Assembly (NCBI RefSeq): GCF_000737315.1
Contig: NZ_JMCB01000035.1
Span: forward strand, 1 to 28,299
DNA length: 28,299 bases
Source: Hyalangium minutum
Lineage (GTDB): Bacteria; Myxococcota; Myxococcia; Myxococcales; Myxococcaceae
Reading direction: 5' to 3'
Positions 1 through 8,401 of the stretch are shown here, piece after piece. The position numbers were made by a program, and so were the translations under genes. Position 1 is the stretch's first letter. Each line of letters starts with the position of its first letter. Under the pieces are notes generated by a model. It was not told the DNA's origin. It did no database searches and was given only the letters and a program-made list of their open reading frames with translations.

Positions 1-88
1 CACCGCCACGGCCTCCAGCCTCCCTCGCTACTCCCGAGCTTCGAGACCGCTCCGGCTGCTCTGGCTGCTTGAGCCGGTGAACTCTTAC
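1..88 (+). mobile_element. tnpC: IS66-family element, right end (last 23 codons of TnpC, stop at 70-72, then terminal IR ending ...CTCTTAC)
   Basis: Frame 1 reads HRHGLQPPSLLPSFETAPAALAA*, matching the ...PPSLLP C-terminus of one IS66 TnpC subgroup. The terminus reads GTAAG on the minus strand, the IS66 GTAA signature. It is an exact inverted copy of 28204-28291. Confidence 0.8.
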
Positions 89-329
89 GTTGAACTTTAT
101 GGCCCGCATTTAATTCAACATGACCGCGACCTTGATTTAGAACAATCGAATCCTGAACATTTCCGATGGCATGTTGACTTGGATCAGCTGTATCTAAGTC
201 ACGATGCGGCCCATCTTGAGCTCGATTCGCCGCATCGTGATCGTTTTCCAGCGGATGTTGCCCGTGTTGCGTTGTTCCAATTTCGTTTGGGTAGCCGGTT
301 GCTTTTCTAAGCTGTAACTCTCGACTCGA

Positions 330-836
330 TTAACCACCCGGAGAGTAAAGTGTCGTCACACGTTCATATGCGCCGACGCAACCGGCAGTGTCGACGCGAG
401 CTGGATTGCCGTTGAAATACAGGGAAATTGCCAGCGATTTCATCTCCTCAGGGGCGTTGGACGGGATCATCACCCACCCATTGTTGTTTCCACATGGCCC
501 TGGATTCGGCAATCCGGCCCATCGGATGTACACCTCTCCGCCGGACCCGACTGCGACGGCCGTGATTGCTGACGCATTGTAGATTGCTGACGCATTGTAG
601 TCGCTCCTCCACAGCTCGTTCCCGCTCGTCCCGTCGTCGGCGCGGAATATCAGCTGGCCGCCGACGTCGGTAAGGAAGGAGGGCTCGGAGCCCTCGGGGC
701 CGGGCCGCACGTCCATGACCATGACGGCAGGACCAGATACAACCGGAGGGGGCTCCGGCGTCTGGGCCAGTGCGGCGCTTCCGGACAACAGAAACAGCGA
801 GGACAGCAGGCGAGACGGTGAGCAAAGACGATTCAT
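330..836 (-). CDS. Chimeric secreted protein: signal peptide and first ELWxxD repeat of an ELWxxDGT-repeat protein fused in frame to an unrelated ~80-aa Cys-containing domain
   Basis: ATG at 836 with GGGAG upstream; signal peptide; ...LIFRADDGTSGNELWRSD then an abrupt switch to YNASAIYNASAITAVAV.... The 3' part has visibly lower GC. Confidence 0.7.
   Translation of the reverse strand: MNRLCSPSRLLSSLFLLSGSAALAQTPEPPPVVSGPAVMVMDVRPGPEGSEPSFLTDVGGQLIFRADDGTSGNELWRSDYNASAIYNASAITAVAVGSGGEVYIRWAGLPNPGPCGNNNGWVMIPSNAPEEMKSLAISLYFNGNPARVDTAGCVGAYERVTTLYSPGG
564..600. repeat. Perfect 18-bp tandem duplication GATTGCTGACGCATTGTA x2 at the fusion junction
   Basis: Seen directly at 564-581 and 582-599; encodes YNASAI twice. 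Confidence 0.95.
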
Positions 837-1453
837 GAGGACTCCCAACCGCGTGGGAAAGAAGCCCACGCGAGGGAAGGTGGGAGGCGGTCAGGCCCGA
901 AGTCCATCGCCTCACGGTCCCCCAGGGGGATTTCACACTGAACACTCGCTGGTGCCGGCCGTCCACGAGCGCCCCGCATGCTGCCACCCGGCCTCAATGA
1001 CACGCCCGAGAAGCGGCGCCTGTTGCGCCGTCGTTACGGTGCGTCAGCCATGTCTTCGAGCTGCCCCTCGGCGAGGGCGCGGTAGTGGGGCACGACTTCC
1101 ACCTTGAGCACGTCCCGCATCTCCTGGCGGGCGCTGCCGAAGTGAGTCTGCCCCAGTTCCGTGGCTCTCCCGCACTTCGTGTGGTTCCCCTCGAAGGCGA
1201 AAGGGAGACACGGCGAGCTGCCGACCACACTCATCCATCAGGGAAGTCTGGTCTTGGGTCTGTCGTCATCTACGCCCCAGTGACTCTCCCCTCGGAAAGC
1301 GAGCGGAAGAACGGCCATGCGCGCAGCTTCCTCCTCGGCCCCCCTCCACATAAAGTGCGGGAGAGCCGGTATACCTCGCTCCTCGAAATGGGAAAACCGG
1401 ACCCGACCTCCAGGCGTCAGTCGAGACGACGGGATGCGCCGGCGGGCGAGCGC

Positions 1454-2380
1454 TCAGCCGATGACGAACTTGTCGCGGTGCTGATTAATGAATTGATCAA
1501 GCGACGTCAGCGGCACACCCCAGCTACGAACGGCATTGAGGTCCACCTTATAGCCCTCGACATTGTCCCATACCTGGCCCCTGACGTGCAGCGGATGGTA
1601 GCCTTGCGCGAGCATCTCATCTTCCGAGAAGGTGACGGCCGAAACCGGCTTTCCGGTGCCCTTCGCGATCTTGGCTGCAACCTCGACCAAAGTGGCGCAT
1701 TCCGCAGAGAGGTCAATCTCATGACCGTGGAAACGCTCAGGGTCGGCGAAGGCGGCCGCCGCGAATGCGCCGATGTCCTGCGCGGCGATCCAGTCGAGGC
1801 CGGTGTCCGCTTCGATCGCAGTCTCGAACCGACCGTGTTCGCGGAGCGAAGCGAACATGAAATCCACCATCGGCGGCACCAAGTCCTCCATGATGAGGGC
1901 AGGCTTCAGGATCACCCAGTGGCGGAAGCCCTGCGTCTTGACCATGTCGTTCACGGCCGCCTTGTTCTGCCAGTACAGCGGCTCCCAGCGGCCCTCGTCC
2001 CAGCCGACGAAATTCTCGTGATCGCCTGCCCGGGCGACGGAGGTGTGAACGATCACGTTGACGTCCGCGCGTTTAGCGGCCTCGACCAATGCCTTGCCGG
2101 TTACGATCTCGGTATAGGGGTCACTGGGCTGCGATCCCATCTGCACTGAGAAGACGCCTTCCACTCCTGCCAATGCCGCATCGAGGCTGGCGGAATCGGT
2201 AAAGTCGCCCTTCACGACCTCCACTCCCTGCGCCGCGAGCGCCTGTCCCGCAGCCGAAGCGGGATCGCGCGTCAGGGCGCGTACGGGGCGGCCCGCTTGC
2301 AGCAGCGCGCGGACGACGGCACCACCTTGCTTGCCGGTGGCACCGGCCACGAGGATTGGGCGAATATCGGGGTTCGACAT
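1454..2380 (-). CDS. NmrA-family NAD(P)-binding (atypical SDR) protein
   Basis: N-terminal ILVAGATGKQGGAVVRALL Rossmann motif, GDFTD, WVILKPALIME; 308 aa, full length. Confidence 0.93.
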   Translation of the reverse strand: MSNPDIRPILVAGATGKQGGAVVRALLQAGRPVRALTRDPASAAGQALAAQGVEVVKGDFTDSASLDAALAGVEGVFSVQMGSQPSDPYTEIVTGKALVEAAKRADVNVIVHTSVARAGDHENFVGWDEGRWEPLYWQNKAAVNDMVKTQGFRHWVILKPALIMEDLVPPMVDFMFASLREHGRFETAIEADTGLDWIAAQDIGAFAAAAFADPERFHGHEIDLSAECATLVEVAAKIAKGTGKPVSAVTFSEDEMLAQGYHPLHVRGQVWDNVEGYKVDLNAVRSWGVPLTSLDQFINQHRDKFVIG

Positions 2381-2502
2381 GGGAAGCCTTTCCTAAGGGA
2401 TATCGCGCACGGCGCCGGGGAAGTGCTGACCCAAGGATAGGGCTACCCGATACGAAACGCAAGAGTTCCGGTACGGTTGATTTTCGTAATTAAGAATCTA
2501 TT

Positions 2503-3138
2503 ATGATTGCCATGAACGATCTGTCTCACCGTCATCAGCGTCGCCTTCCGCCGGCGGAACGGGGGCGCGCGCAGGACAGAAGCCGCGACGATCTCATCAT
2601 CGGCGCAGCGCTCGAGCTGCTCGCCGAAAAGGGCTATCATAGCCTGACGATGACTGATGTGGCGGCGCGTGCGGGGGTGTCGAAGGCGACGCTGTATCGA
2701 CGTTGGACGGCAAAGGCAGATCTTGTGACCGACGCCGTCGCTACGCTGAATCCGATGACCACGCCGCGCTATCCCGGCACGTCACTGCGCGACGATCTCC
2801 TCGCGTTGATGGAGCAAGCCGGCAATTGCGACGACAGTCCCGAGGTTGTGACCGCGACGATGGAGATGGCGCGGTTGCACCCGGACCTTTATCGGACTCT
2901 CACCGAGCGCTTCGGCACGTTCGTTCGGGCCGAGCTGGACAAGCTCGCCACCCGAGCGGCCGATGCGGGACACGCGCCACTGTCGGAGGTCGAACTCGAC
3001 GTTCTGTGCGATACGGTCGTCGCGCTGCTGGCTCATTACGCTGGACCGGCTGGTGCATCAATTCCGCGCGAGCGTCTGATTGGACTGGTCGACCATGTGC
3101 TGATGGTCCTGCTGACGGGAACACGTGCCGCGGAGTAG
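2503..3138 (+). CDS. TetR/AcrR-family transcriptional regulator, divergent from the NmrA gene
   Basis: AALELLAEKGYHSLTMTDVAARAGVSKATLYRRW HTH signature. The start could be 2503 or 2512. Confidence 0.93.
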   Translation: MIAMNDLSHRHQRRLPPAERGRAQDRSRDDLIIGAALELLAEKGYHSLTMTDVAARAGVSKATLYRRWTAKADLVTDAVATLNPMTTPRYPGTSLRDDLLALMEQAGNCDDSPEVVTATMEMARLHPDLYRTLTERFGTFVRAELDKLATRAADAGHAPLSEVELDVLCDTVVALLAHYAGPAGASIPRERLIGLVDHVLMVLLTGTRAAE

Positions 3139-3297
3139 GCGATCTTGCTCCTGCGCGGCCGCTTCGCGACTTGGCCGCTTGAAGCTGCTGGCCTCCAGCG
3201 CACGAAACCCGGTTATTCCCAAAACAGCATCCTCCCCGCCCAGCGCGCCATACTGGAACGGCTCCGGACCATCAGGAAGGTTCTGCACTGAGCCAGA

Positions 3298-3323
3298 GGA
3301 GCTCGAATCACTCTTCGAGCTCC
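3298..3323. terminator. 10-bp perfect stem hairpin GGAGCTCGAA-6-TTCGAGCTCC, probably bidirectional
   Basis: Lies 10 bp past the stop at 3333 (minus) and just past a plus-strand remnant stop near 3291. Confidence 0.55.
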
Positions 3324-3332
3324 CGTTCGCAC

Positions 3333-3572
3333 TCACTGCCCCGGTTGGCTTTCGAAAGAGGTGAGCTCCGCCGGCAGGGCGGGCAGGTGCTCGAAGTAGA
3401 TGAGCGTCTTGTCCCCGCCCTGGCCCTCGATGGCGATGCACTCCACCTCGCCCGCGCCGTTCAACCGGACGTAGGTGCGGCTCGGGTGTTCGATCCCCTT
3501 CTTTTCGAACGCCAGGTCGCGCATGGGGAGCAGGTCGCCCATTTCCTGGTCTCCCAACTCGCCGTTGAGCAT
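3333..3572 (-). pseudogene. DUF5335-like small protein remnant (N-terminus missing, probable internal deletion)
   Basis: GELGDQEMGDLLPMRDLAFEKKG joined directly to IEHPSRTYVRLNGAGEVECIAIEGQGGDKTLIYFEHLPALPAE resembles DUF5335, but the segment between the two halves appears to be missing. Confidence 0.5.
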
Positions 3573-4027
3573 AGGAAGGACCGGAGCCCTCTTGGGCGTA
3601 GCGGGCGGGAGCAGAGCGGGAGGTGAGGGACGCTGACGGGGAGCCCATGAGCCGCACTCCGGGCCGGCGCACAAGCCCTTCATTGGAAACGATCTTCCAA
3701 TAACGAGGGATTTCGATCCCGTCGATCGCGACGAAGCGCGGGCACGAGTCCCGCGCTCCAACGATCGCCGTCACTTCCGCCGATGGTCATGACGAGTGCG
3801 GCTTGCCGCCCGCAGCAGGGAATGAGGTACTCTCTTGTTCAAGAGCCCAGCGGCAGAGCGGAAGTTGGTGCCACGTACACCCATCGGGCGTCCGGAGGTC
3901 GAGCAAGGGACCAGGAAGAGCCATCGACAGCGATGCTGATCCGACCCGCGCTTGCCTGATCACCCCTATGCACCAAGGATCGCGCACCCCGCGATCGAAA
4001 CGCCGCGCTTCCGGAAGATCGTCTCCA

Positions 4028-4458
4028 CTCTTCTTCAACTACGCCCATGAGCCGCTCGTCGTCATCAACCCGGCCAACGCCGACCGGCTGCAGCACCTGG
4101 TGCGCAACCAGCTCGGCTTCGACCTGATCGGCTCCACCGGCCTGGGGGAGCGCTTCGAGCTGGGCCTCGTGGCCCCGCTCAAGATCGAGCGCGGCGAGTT
4201 CAACGAGCTGCCCACCGGCAACCTGGAGCAGTCGTGGAAGGGCGGCCTGGGTGACCTCCGGCTCGTCCCCAAGGTGTTACTTCTAGAACGCGACACCCTG
4301 CGGCTGGGGCTCGCGGCGCCAATGGTGATGCCCACGGCGGACGCCTCGGAGCTTCAGGGCCAGAAGGGGTTTGGCGTGCAGCCGCGGCTCGCGGCGGACT
4401 ACGCCTTCGAGAGCGGCACCCGGCTGCTGGCCAACCTGGGCCTCAACGTGCGCAGCCG
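4028..4458 (+). pseudogene. Internal fragment of a myxobacterial outer-membrane beta-barrel (OmpA/TraB/AgmC-type barrel)
   Basis: FNYAHEPLVV...GLGERFELGLVAPL...GGLGDLRLVPKVLLL...PRLAADY...LLANLG. No credible start or signal peptide; cut at 4459 by the oriIS-like repeat. Confidence 0.75.
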
Positions 4459-4520
4459 GCGTATAGGCAGGATAGAGGCCATGTTGCTGGTGAGGGCTGG
4501 AGCGGAGGTGCCGAGGAGGA
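4459..4520 (-). mobile_element. Isolated 62-bp copy of an IS91/ISCR-type oriIS end (copy B)
   Basis: 60/62 identical to 7132-7193. On the minus strand it ends ...TATCCTGCCTATACGC, carrying the CCTATAC core of ISCR oriIS. Confidence 0.8.
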
Positions 4521-4529
4521 GCGACACGA

Positions 4530-7025
4530 TCAGCCCTCCTTGCGCACCACCCGGTCCCGCCGCCACTTCACCTTCTTTCCGATGAGCTTCGCCCCGGTCA
4601 CGTCGTTCGTCGTGGTGCTGGCCTTGTAGCACTTGTCGATGGACAGCGTGACGAAGCTGGTGTCCACATCGATCACTTCGCCGACCACATCGACGCCGGG
4701 GTGGAAGAGCGCGTTGGCCATGCGGATCCGGTCCCCCTTCTTGAACTGGACCGCGCGCGGCCAGTCGATCGTCGTTCCCACCAGCTTCTTCGTCTGCGTT
4801 GTGGTTTCGAGGATCATCGTGCCGGTCTGATAGCACGCCTTCGCCTTCAGCTTGATGTGCGTCTCGGTCAGCTCGGTGACCTCGCCGACGATCTCGAAGC
4901 CCTGGTAGGTCGACGGATCCGAGACGCGAATTGTATCTCCCACTTTGGACTCGGGAGCGGTCTTGGAGACCTTCTTGTCCGCGCGGAACGCTTGCTTGAG
5001 CTGCTCCAGCGACTTCTCCTTGTGACTGGACTGCTGGAAGAACTTCTGGGTGTCGCCGATCTTCCCAAAGAGCTTGAGCTTCGCGGTGATGCCCGTGTTG
5101 GGGAAGCGGCTCGCATACCGTGGGTAGGCGAACACGATGAACCAGACCAAGGCGCGCATCTTCTGCTCCTCCTCGTCGACGAGTCCGCCGAGATGAAGGA
5201 GTGACCGTGCCAACTCGGAGAGCTTCGACGTGAGGTACTTCTTCTGCAGCAGCGCCTGCTTGAAACTGTTGTACTCGCTCAGGGTCTCGCTCCCGGCGAT
5301 CCGCTCGATGGTGCGGCTGACGGTGGTGTTCTGGAGCGCGGAGTACCGGAGGAAGCCGGTGTCCCGGTTCTCGATCTGGAAGAACAGCGGGAACCCCTTG
5401 GTGGTTCCGCGGCCCCCGCCATCCAGCGACGCATTGAGCCGGATCAGGTAGGCCATGAGCTCTTGCAGCGAGCGGCCCTGGAACCCACAGAGCTGCTTGA
5501 TCCGCGTCGCCCCTACCGGGTTCTGGAGGTCGTCTTCCGACTGCGTGCGGTCGAAGTAGATCGTCGGCACGCCGAGGTACATCAGGCGCTCCATCGAGCC
5601 GCTGCGCATGCCGATCTGGATCACCGGATAGCGGAGGGAGAGGTTGAGCAGGAAGTTGATCTGAGCCCCCATCGGCTGGCCCTTGAAGGGCTCGCGCTCC
5701 CAGAACCGGATCAAGTTATGGGACGATGGGCTCTTGCGGTACGAGAGCGTCAACATCTCGTCGCTCTTCTTCTCAGAGATTCCGTAGTGGTGCAGGAGGT
5801 AGCTCTGGATCCGCGTCCGATCCTCCGACGAGAGGTTCTCGTAGAGCGAGATGCCGAGGACCATCGCCGTGTGCTCGAGCGCGTTCTGGCCCATGGAGAG
5901 GTCCTCGCCCCTCGCCATCGCTCTCGAGGAGATCGGGGCCGACAGCTTCCCGAGCTCTTCCTTGAGCTCGTCGCCGATGGGGATGAACCGGATCGGCGCG
6001 TTCAGCTCGGCCGCCATGTCGGAGACGATCTGCCTGACCTGCTTGTAGAGCGTGAAGTTGGTATGGTGCTGCGGCTTGCCGGGGCTCGTTCTCTCCTGCC
6101 CGAGGCCGAAGTCCGCGAGGATGGCGCGCTCCTCGTCGGGCTTCGCGCCGCGGATCCAGAACAGCACCAGGACGGGCGTGGCCTCTCGGACTCCGCCCTT
6201 GCGCAACTCCAGATCCTCGACGAAGGTCGAGATGAACTTTTCGTTCGCCTGGGAAAACTTGCTGGTGGCGTTGAGGATCTCCAGCCGGAGCGCGCTCACC
6301 ACTGGCGCGAAGCCTTTCTTGTCCACGCAGCTCAGGACGTAGTTCGTCGAGGCATCGATGTAAGCGAAGGCGATCTGCCCCTTGCCACCGTGGAACGCCT
6401 TCATGACGGCATCCGAGAACTCCTGACGGCGGCGGGCGACGAGCCCCACCTCCATGACGTCAAGAGCCGCCTCCTTGTAGAAGGAGTGTACGCGGAGGAA
6501 GCCACGCAACCGCTCGGCGTTCGACCACGACACCCTGCCCGACAGTGAGATGCCGAGAACCGCCGCCGCATGCTCGAGCGAGCGCTCATCCACTTTGAGG
6601 GCCAGCGCCGCTTCCTTCTCCTCGAGCCAGCCGCCGATGGGGTTCTCCTTCGTGGTGAGGAAGCGCGACAGGAGGCGGGGGTTGCTGTTGAAGAAGTCCT
6701 TGTCCGCGATCACCAGGAGGGAGCCTGGCTCCTCATGGAACTCCACGAGATCGACGTCCTTCTCGAAGCGGCAGCGGACGATGCAGAGTTCGCTGTCGAG
6801 CAGGCCGAATGACGAGAAGTAGCCCAGCCGCCCATCGACCTTCCGCTTGTAGTCGACGGCCTTCTTGAGCAAGGGGTCGATTCCGTCGTCGTACAGCCCC
6901 TCGTCCACCCACAGGAGCCCCCTCATCGGATCGCCCAGCTTGGCCCGGCTCAGCAGCAGCGCGTACACGAGCCCGTAGGCGTCTCCCTCTTGGTAGATGT
7001 GGTGGTTGACGAAAGTGGTCCCCAT
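4530..7025 (-). CDS. Large hypothetical protein (831 aa): putative GT-B/GT9-like glycosyltransferase with two C-terminal SH3/KOW-like barrels
   Basis: Long open frame with coding-like codon bias; ATG at 7025 with AAGGA upstream (the ORF track extends to 7073). EGDAYGLVYALLL and QIGMRSGSMERLMYLGVPTIYF resemble the GT9 motifs lGD..l..pal and IGnDSGpmHlAaalgvPtv.lF. The gene itself is confident; the function is tentative. Confidence 0.6.
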   Translation of the reverse strand: MGTTFVNHHIYQEGDAYGLVYALLLSRAKLGDPMRGLLWVDEGLYDDGIDPLLKKAVDYKRKVDGRLGYFSSFGLLDSELCIVRCRFEKDVDLVEFHEEPGSLLVIADKDFFNSNPRLLSRFLTTKENPIGGWLEEKEAALALKVDERSLEHAAAVLGISLSGRVSWSNAERLRGFLRVHSFYKEAALDVMEVGLVARRRQEFSDAVMKAFHGGKGQIAFAYIDASTNYVLSCVDKKGFAPVVSALRLEILNATSKFSQANEKFISTFVEDLELRKGGVREATPVLVLFWIRGAKPDEERAILADFGLGQERTSPGKPQHHTNFTLYKQVRQIVSDMAAELNAPIRFIPIGDELKEELGKLSAPISSRAMARGEDLSMGQNALEHTAMVLGISLYENLSSEDRTRIQSYLLHHYGISEKKSDEMLTLSYRKSPSSHNLIRFWEREPFKGQPMGAQINFLLNLSLRYPVIQIGMRSGSMERLMYLGVPTIYFDRTQSEDDLQNPVGATRIKQLCGFQGRSLQELMAYLIRLNASLDGGGRGTTKGFPLFFQIENRDTGFLRYSALQNTTVSRTIERIAGSETLSEYNSFKQALLQKKYLTSKLSELARSLLHLGGLVDEEEQKMRALVWFIVFAYPRYASRFPNTGITAKLKLFGKIGDTQKFFQQSSHKEKSLEQLKQAFRADKKVSKTAPESKVGDTIRVSDPSTYQGFEIVGEVTELTETHIKLKAKACYQTGTMILETTTQTKKLVGTTIDWPRAVQFKKGDRIRMANALFHPGVDVVGEVIDVDTSFVTLSIDKCYKASTTTNDVTGAKLIGKKVKWRRDRVVRKEG

Positions 7026-7131
7026 GGCCGACCGTCCTTTGCCTTGTAGCGGCCGGAGAGTGTCGGTGATCATGTCGCACAGAGCGAGAAATCGTGCCCC
7101 GGCCCATGGGCAGCGCTACGGAATCAGCCGC

Positions 7132-7638
7132 GCGTATAGGCAGGATAGAGGCCATGTTGCGGGTGAGGACTGGAGCGGAGGTGCCGAGGAGGACCGCTGA
7201 CAGGTGCCGCCCGAGCAGTGCGCCCGGTCGGTGGACAGGCCGCGCAGCCCCTTGAGGTACACGCCTGCCCAGGCCGCCCTCCCATGGGGTGCGCGGTAGG
7301 GGACTGGGCCTTTTGGCTCTGGGGAGGCGTGAGCCTTAACACCCCGCGGCCTGGATTGATTCTTGCGCCGGGGCCAGGCTCACACCTGCCGTGGGCAAGC
7401 CCAGGTGCTCCCGTATCGCTCGCACTCCCCTGCCTGCCTTCACATACGCCAAGACCCTTAAGCCTGCCTCCACACCTGACGCAGGCGAACACGTCGAAGT
7501 CGAACGTCCTCTTCAGCAACTCTGCCCAATCCACTCGCGGCGTCCTCTGCTTCATCCGCTCCTTCCTGGCCGCTGCCTCACTCCCCGCTCTCGCCTCCTC
7601 CGCTTGGGGGAACAGAAATGGCCGCAGTTTGGCGCGAA
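7132..7638 (-). mobile_element. 5'-truncated IS91/ISCR-like (Y2 HUH) element: frameshifted transposase C-terminus, GC-rich downstream region and oriIS end (copy A)
   Basis: AKLRPFLFPQ...RTPRVDWAELLKRTFDFDVFACVRCGGR is the DWA..LKR.F..D...C..CGG C-terminal motif of IS91/ISCR transposases. The frame shifts after CGGR. The end reads CCTATACGC at 7132. Confidence 0.85.
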
Positions 7639-7867
7639 CGGAGATCACCGATCCCTCCTATACCAGCGGCGGCAGCTGCCCAGCGGGGCGCAGCTGCCGC
7701 TACAGCGACAGCGCCTTCTTCAGTGCCAGCACCAGCGTCAGCCCGCTGGTGGCGATGACTCGTGCGGCGCGGGCTCCAACCCGTGGAACTTCGCCTTCGC
7801 CCCGTTGGGCTCCATCCAGAACGAGTTGGGGATTGTCCCCTACTGCCAGGGTTTCGTGGGCTGCTGA
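7639..7867 (+). pseudogene. 3' remnant of a Cys-containing, probably secreted protein, frameshifted
   Basis: Two frames join as ...TDPSYTSGGSCPAGRSCRYSDSAFFSAST... / ...DDSCGAGSNPWNFAFAPLGSIQNELGIVPYCQGFVGC*. The 5' part is replaced by the IS91-like remnant. Confidence 0.35.
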
Positions 7868-7890
7868 GCGGAAGCCACAGGCCGATCGGT

Positions 7891-8340
7891 TCAGCTGTTC
7901 GGCCGGATCAGCGTGAGCACCTGAGTGAACGTCCTATCTCCATTGGGAGTGGTGACCAGCACCCCGCTCACGCCCAAGTAGGCACCTGTGCCACCGATGA
8001 CGGGAATCTGGGAGGGACCTGTCTCGGCCTCCCGGCCCGCGACGGTGATGGAGCCATCGCTCATCGTGAGCGTCCACTGGCACTCACTGAACTGGCCGGG
8101 CAGCGTCCGGACGCAGAAGCCGCTGTTGCTCCCGATGTTTTGCCCTGCCTCATTCAGCAGCGGCTGATCGAAGACGAACATATCCCCCGGCGAGTCACCT
8201 GGAGCGCCCAGGTCTACGGGCGAGGCAATGCCGCTGCGGGCATCGGCGATGGTCCTCAGAGTCCAGGGTTCGTCTGCCCGGGCGGAACCGCAGCCCAGCA
8301 TCGGCAGGGTCAAAACAGCCATGAGTATGCCTTTGTGCAT
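7891..8340 (-). CDS. Dirigent / allene-oxide-cyclase barrel-like lipoprotein
   Basis: Lipobox LPMLGC; DSPGDMFVFDQPL...IGSNSGFC...ECQWTL...GSITVAG...IPVIGGTGAY.GVSG is the AOC/dirigent beta-barrel pattern. Confidence 0.8.
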   Translation of the reverse strand: MHKGILMAVLTLPMLGCGSARADEPWTLRTIADARSGIASPVDLGAPGDSPGDMFVFDQPLLNEAGQNIGSNSGFCVRTLPGQFSECQWTLTMSDGSITVAGREAETGPSQIPVIGGTGAYLGVSGVLVTTPNGDRTFTQVLTLIRPNS

Positions 8341-8401
8341 CGTGTTGCTCCGTTGCGGAATTGAAAGACGTAGGGTTTGTGGACGCGCGCGCGCCCGGCG
8401 C

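Noticed and set aside
1-88. Terminal inverted repeat as a retron msDNA or linear replicon telomere
   Set aside because: It encodes an IS66 TnpC C-terminus with a GTAA terminus; there is no reverse transcriptase in the window.
77-310. 77-aa ORF starting inside the IS66 end
   Set aside because: The GTG start lies within the IS terminus and there is no recognisable motif. At best it is the 3' remnant of an interrupted gene.
1030-1450. Short ORFs and GC hairpins between the chimeric gene and NmrA
   Set aside because: No family motif or RNA family could be recognised; possibly a decayed gene.
3139-3291. Plus-strand frame ending ...SILPAQRAILERLRTIRKVLH*
   Set aside because: Looks like a gene 3' remnant but has no start and no assignable family.
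5463-6548. Long antisense ORFs (e.g. 5463-6548, 9549-11285, 13985-15622, 21652-22803, 26751-27389)
   Set aside because: Shadow ORFs opposite well-supported genes, typical of high-GC codon bias.
7657-7663. A third CCTATAC core near the transposase truncation point
   Set aside because: Opposite orientation and no similarity to the rest of the 62-bp ori unit; a 7-mer match is expected by chance.
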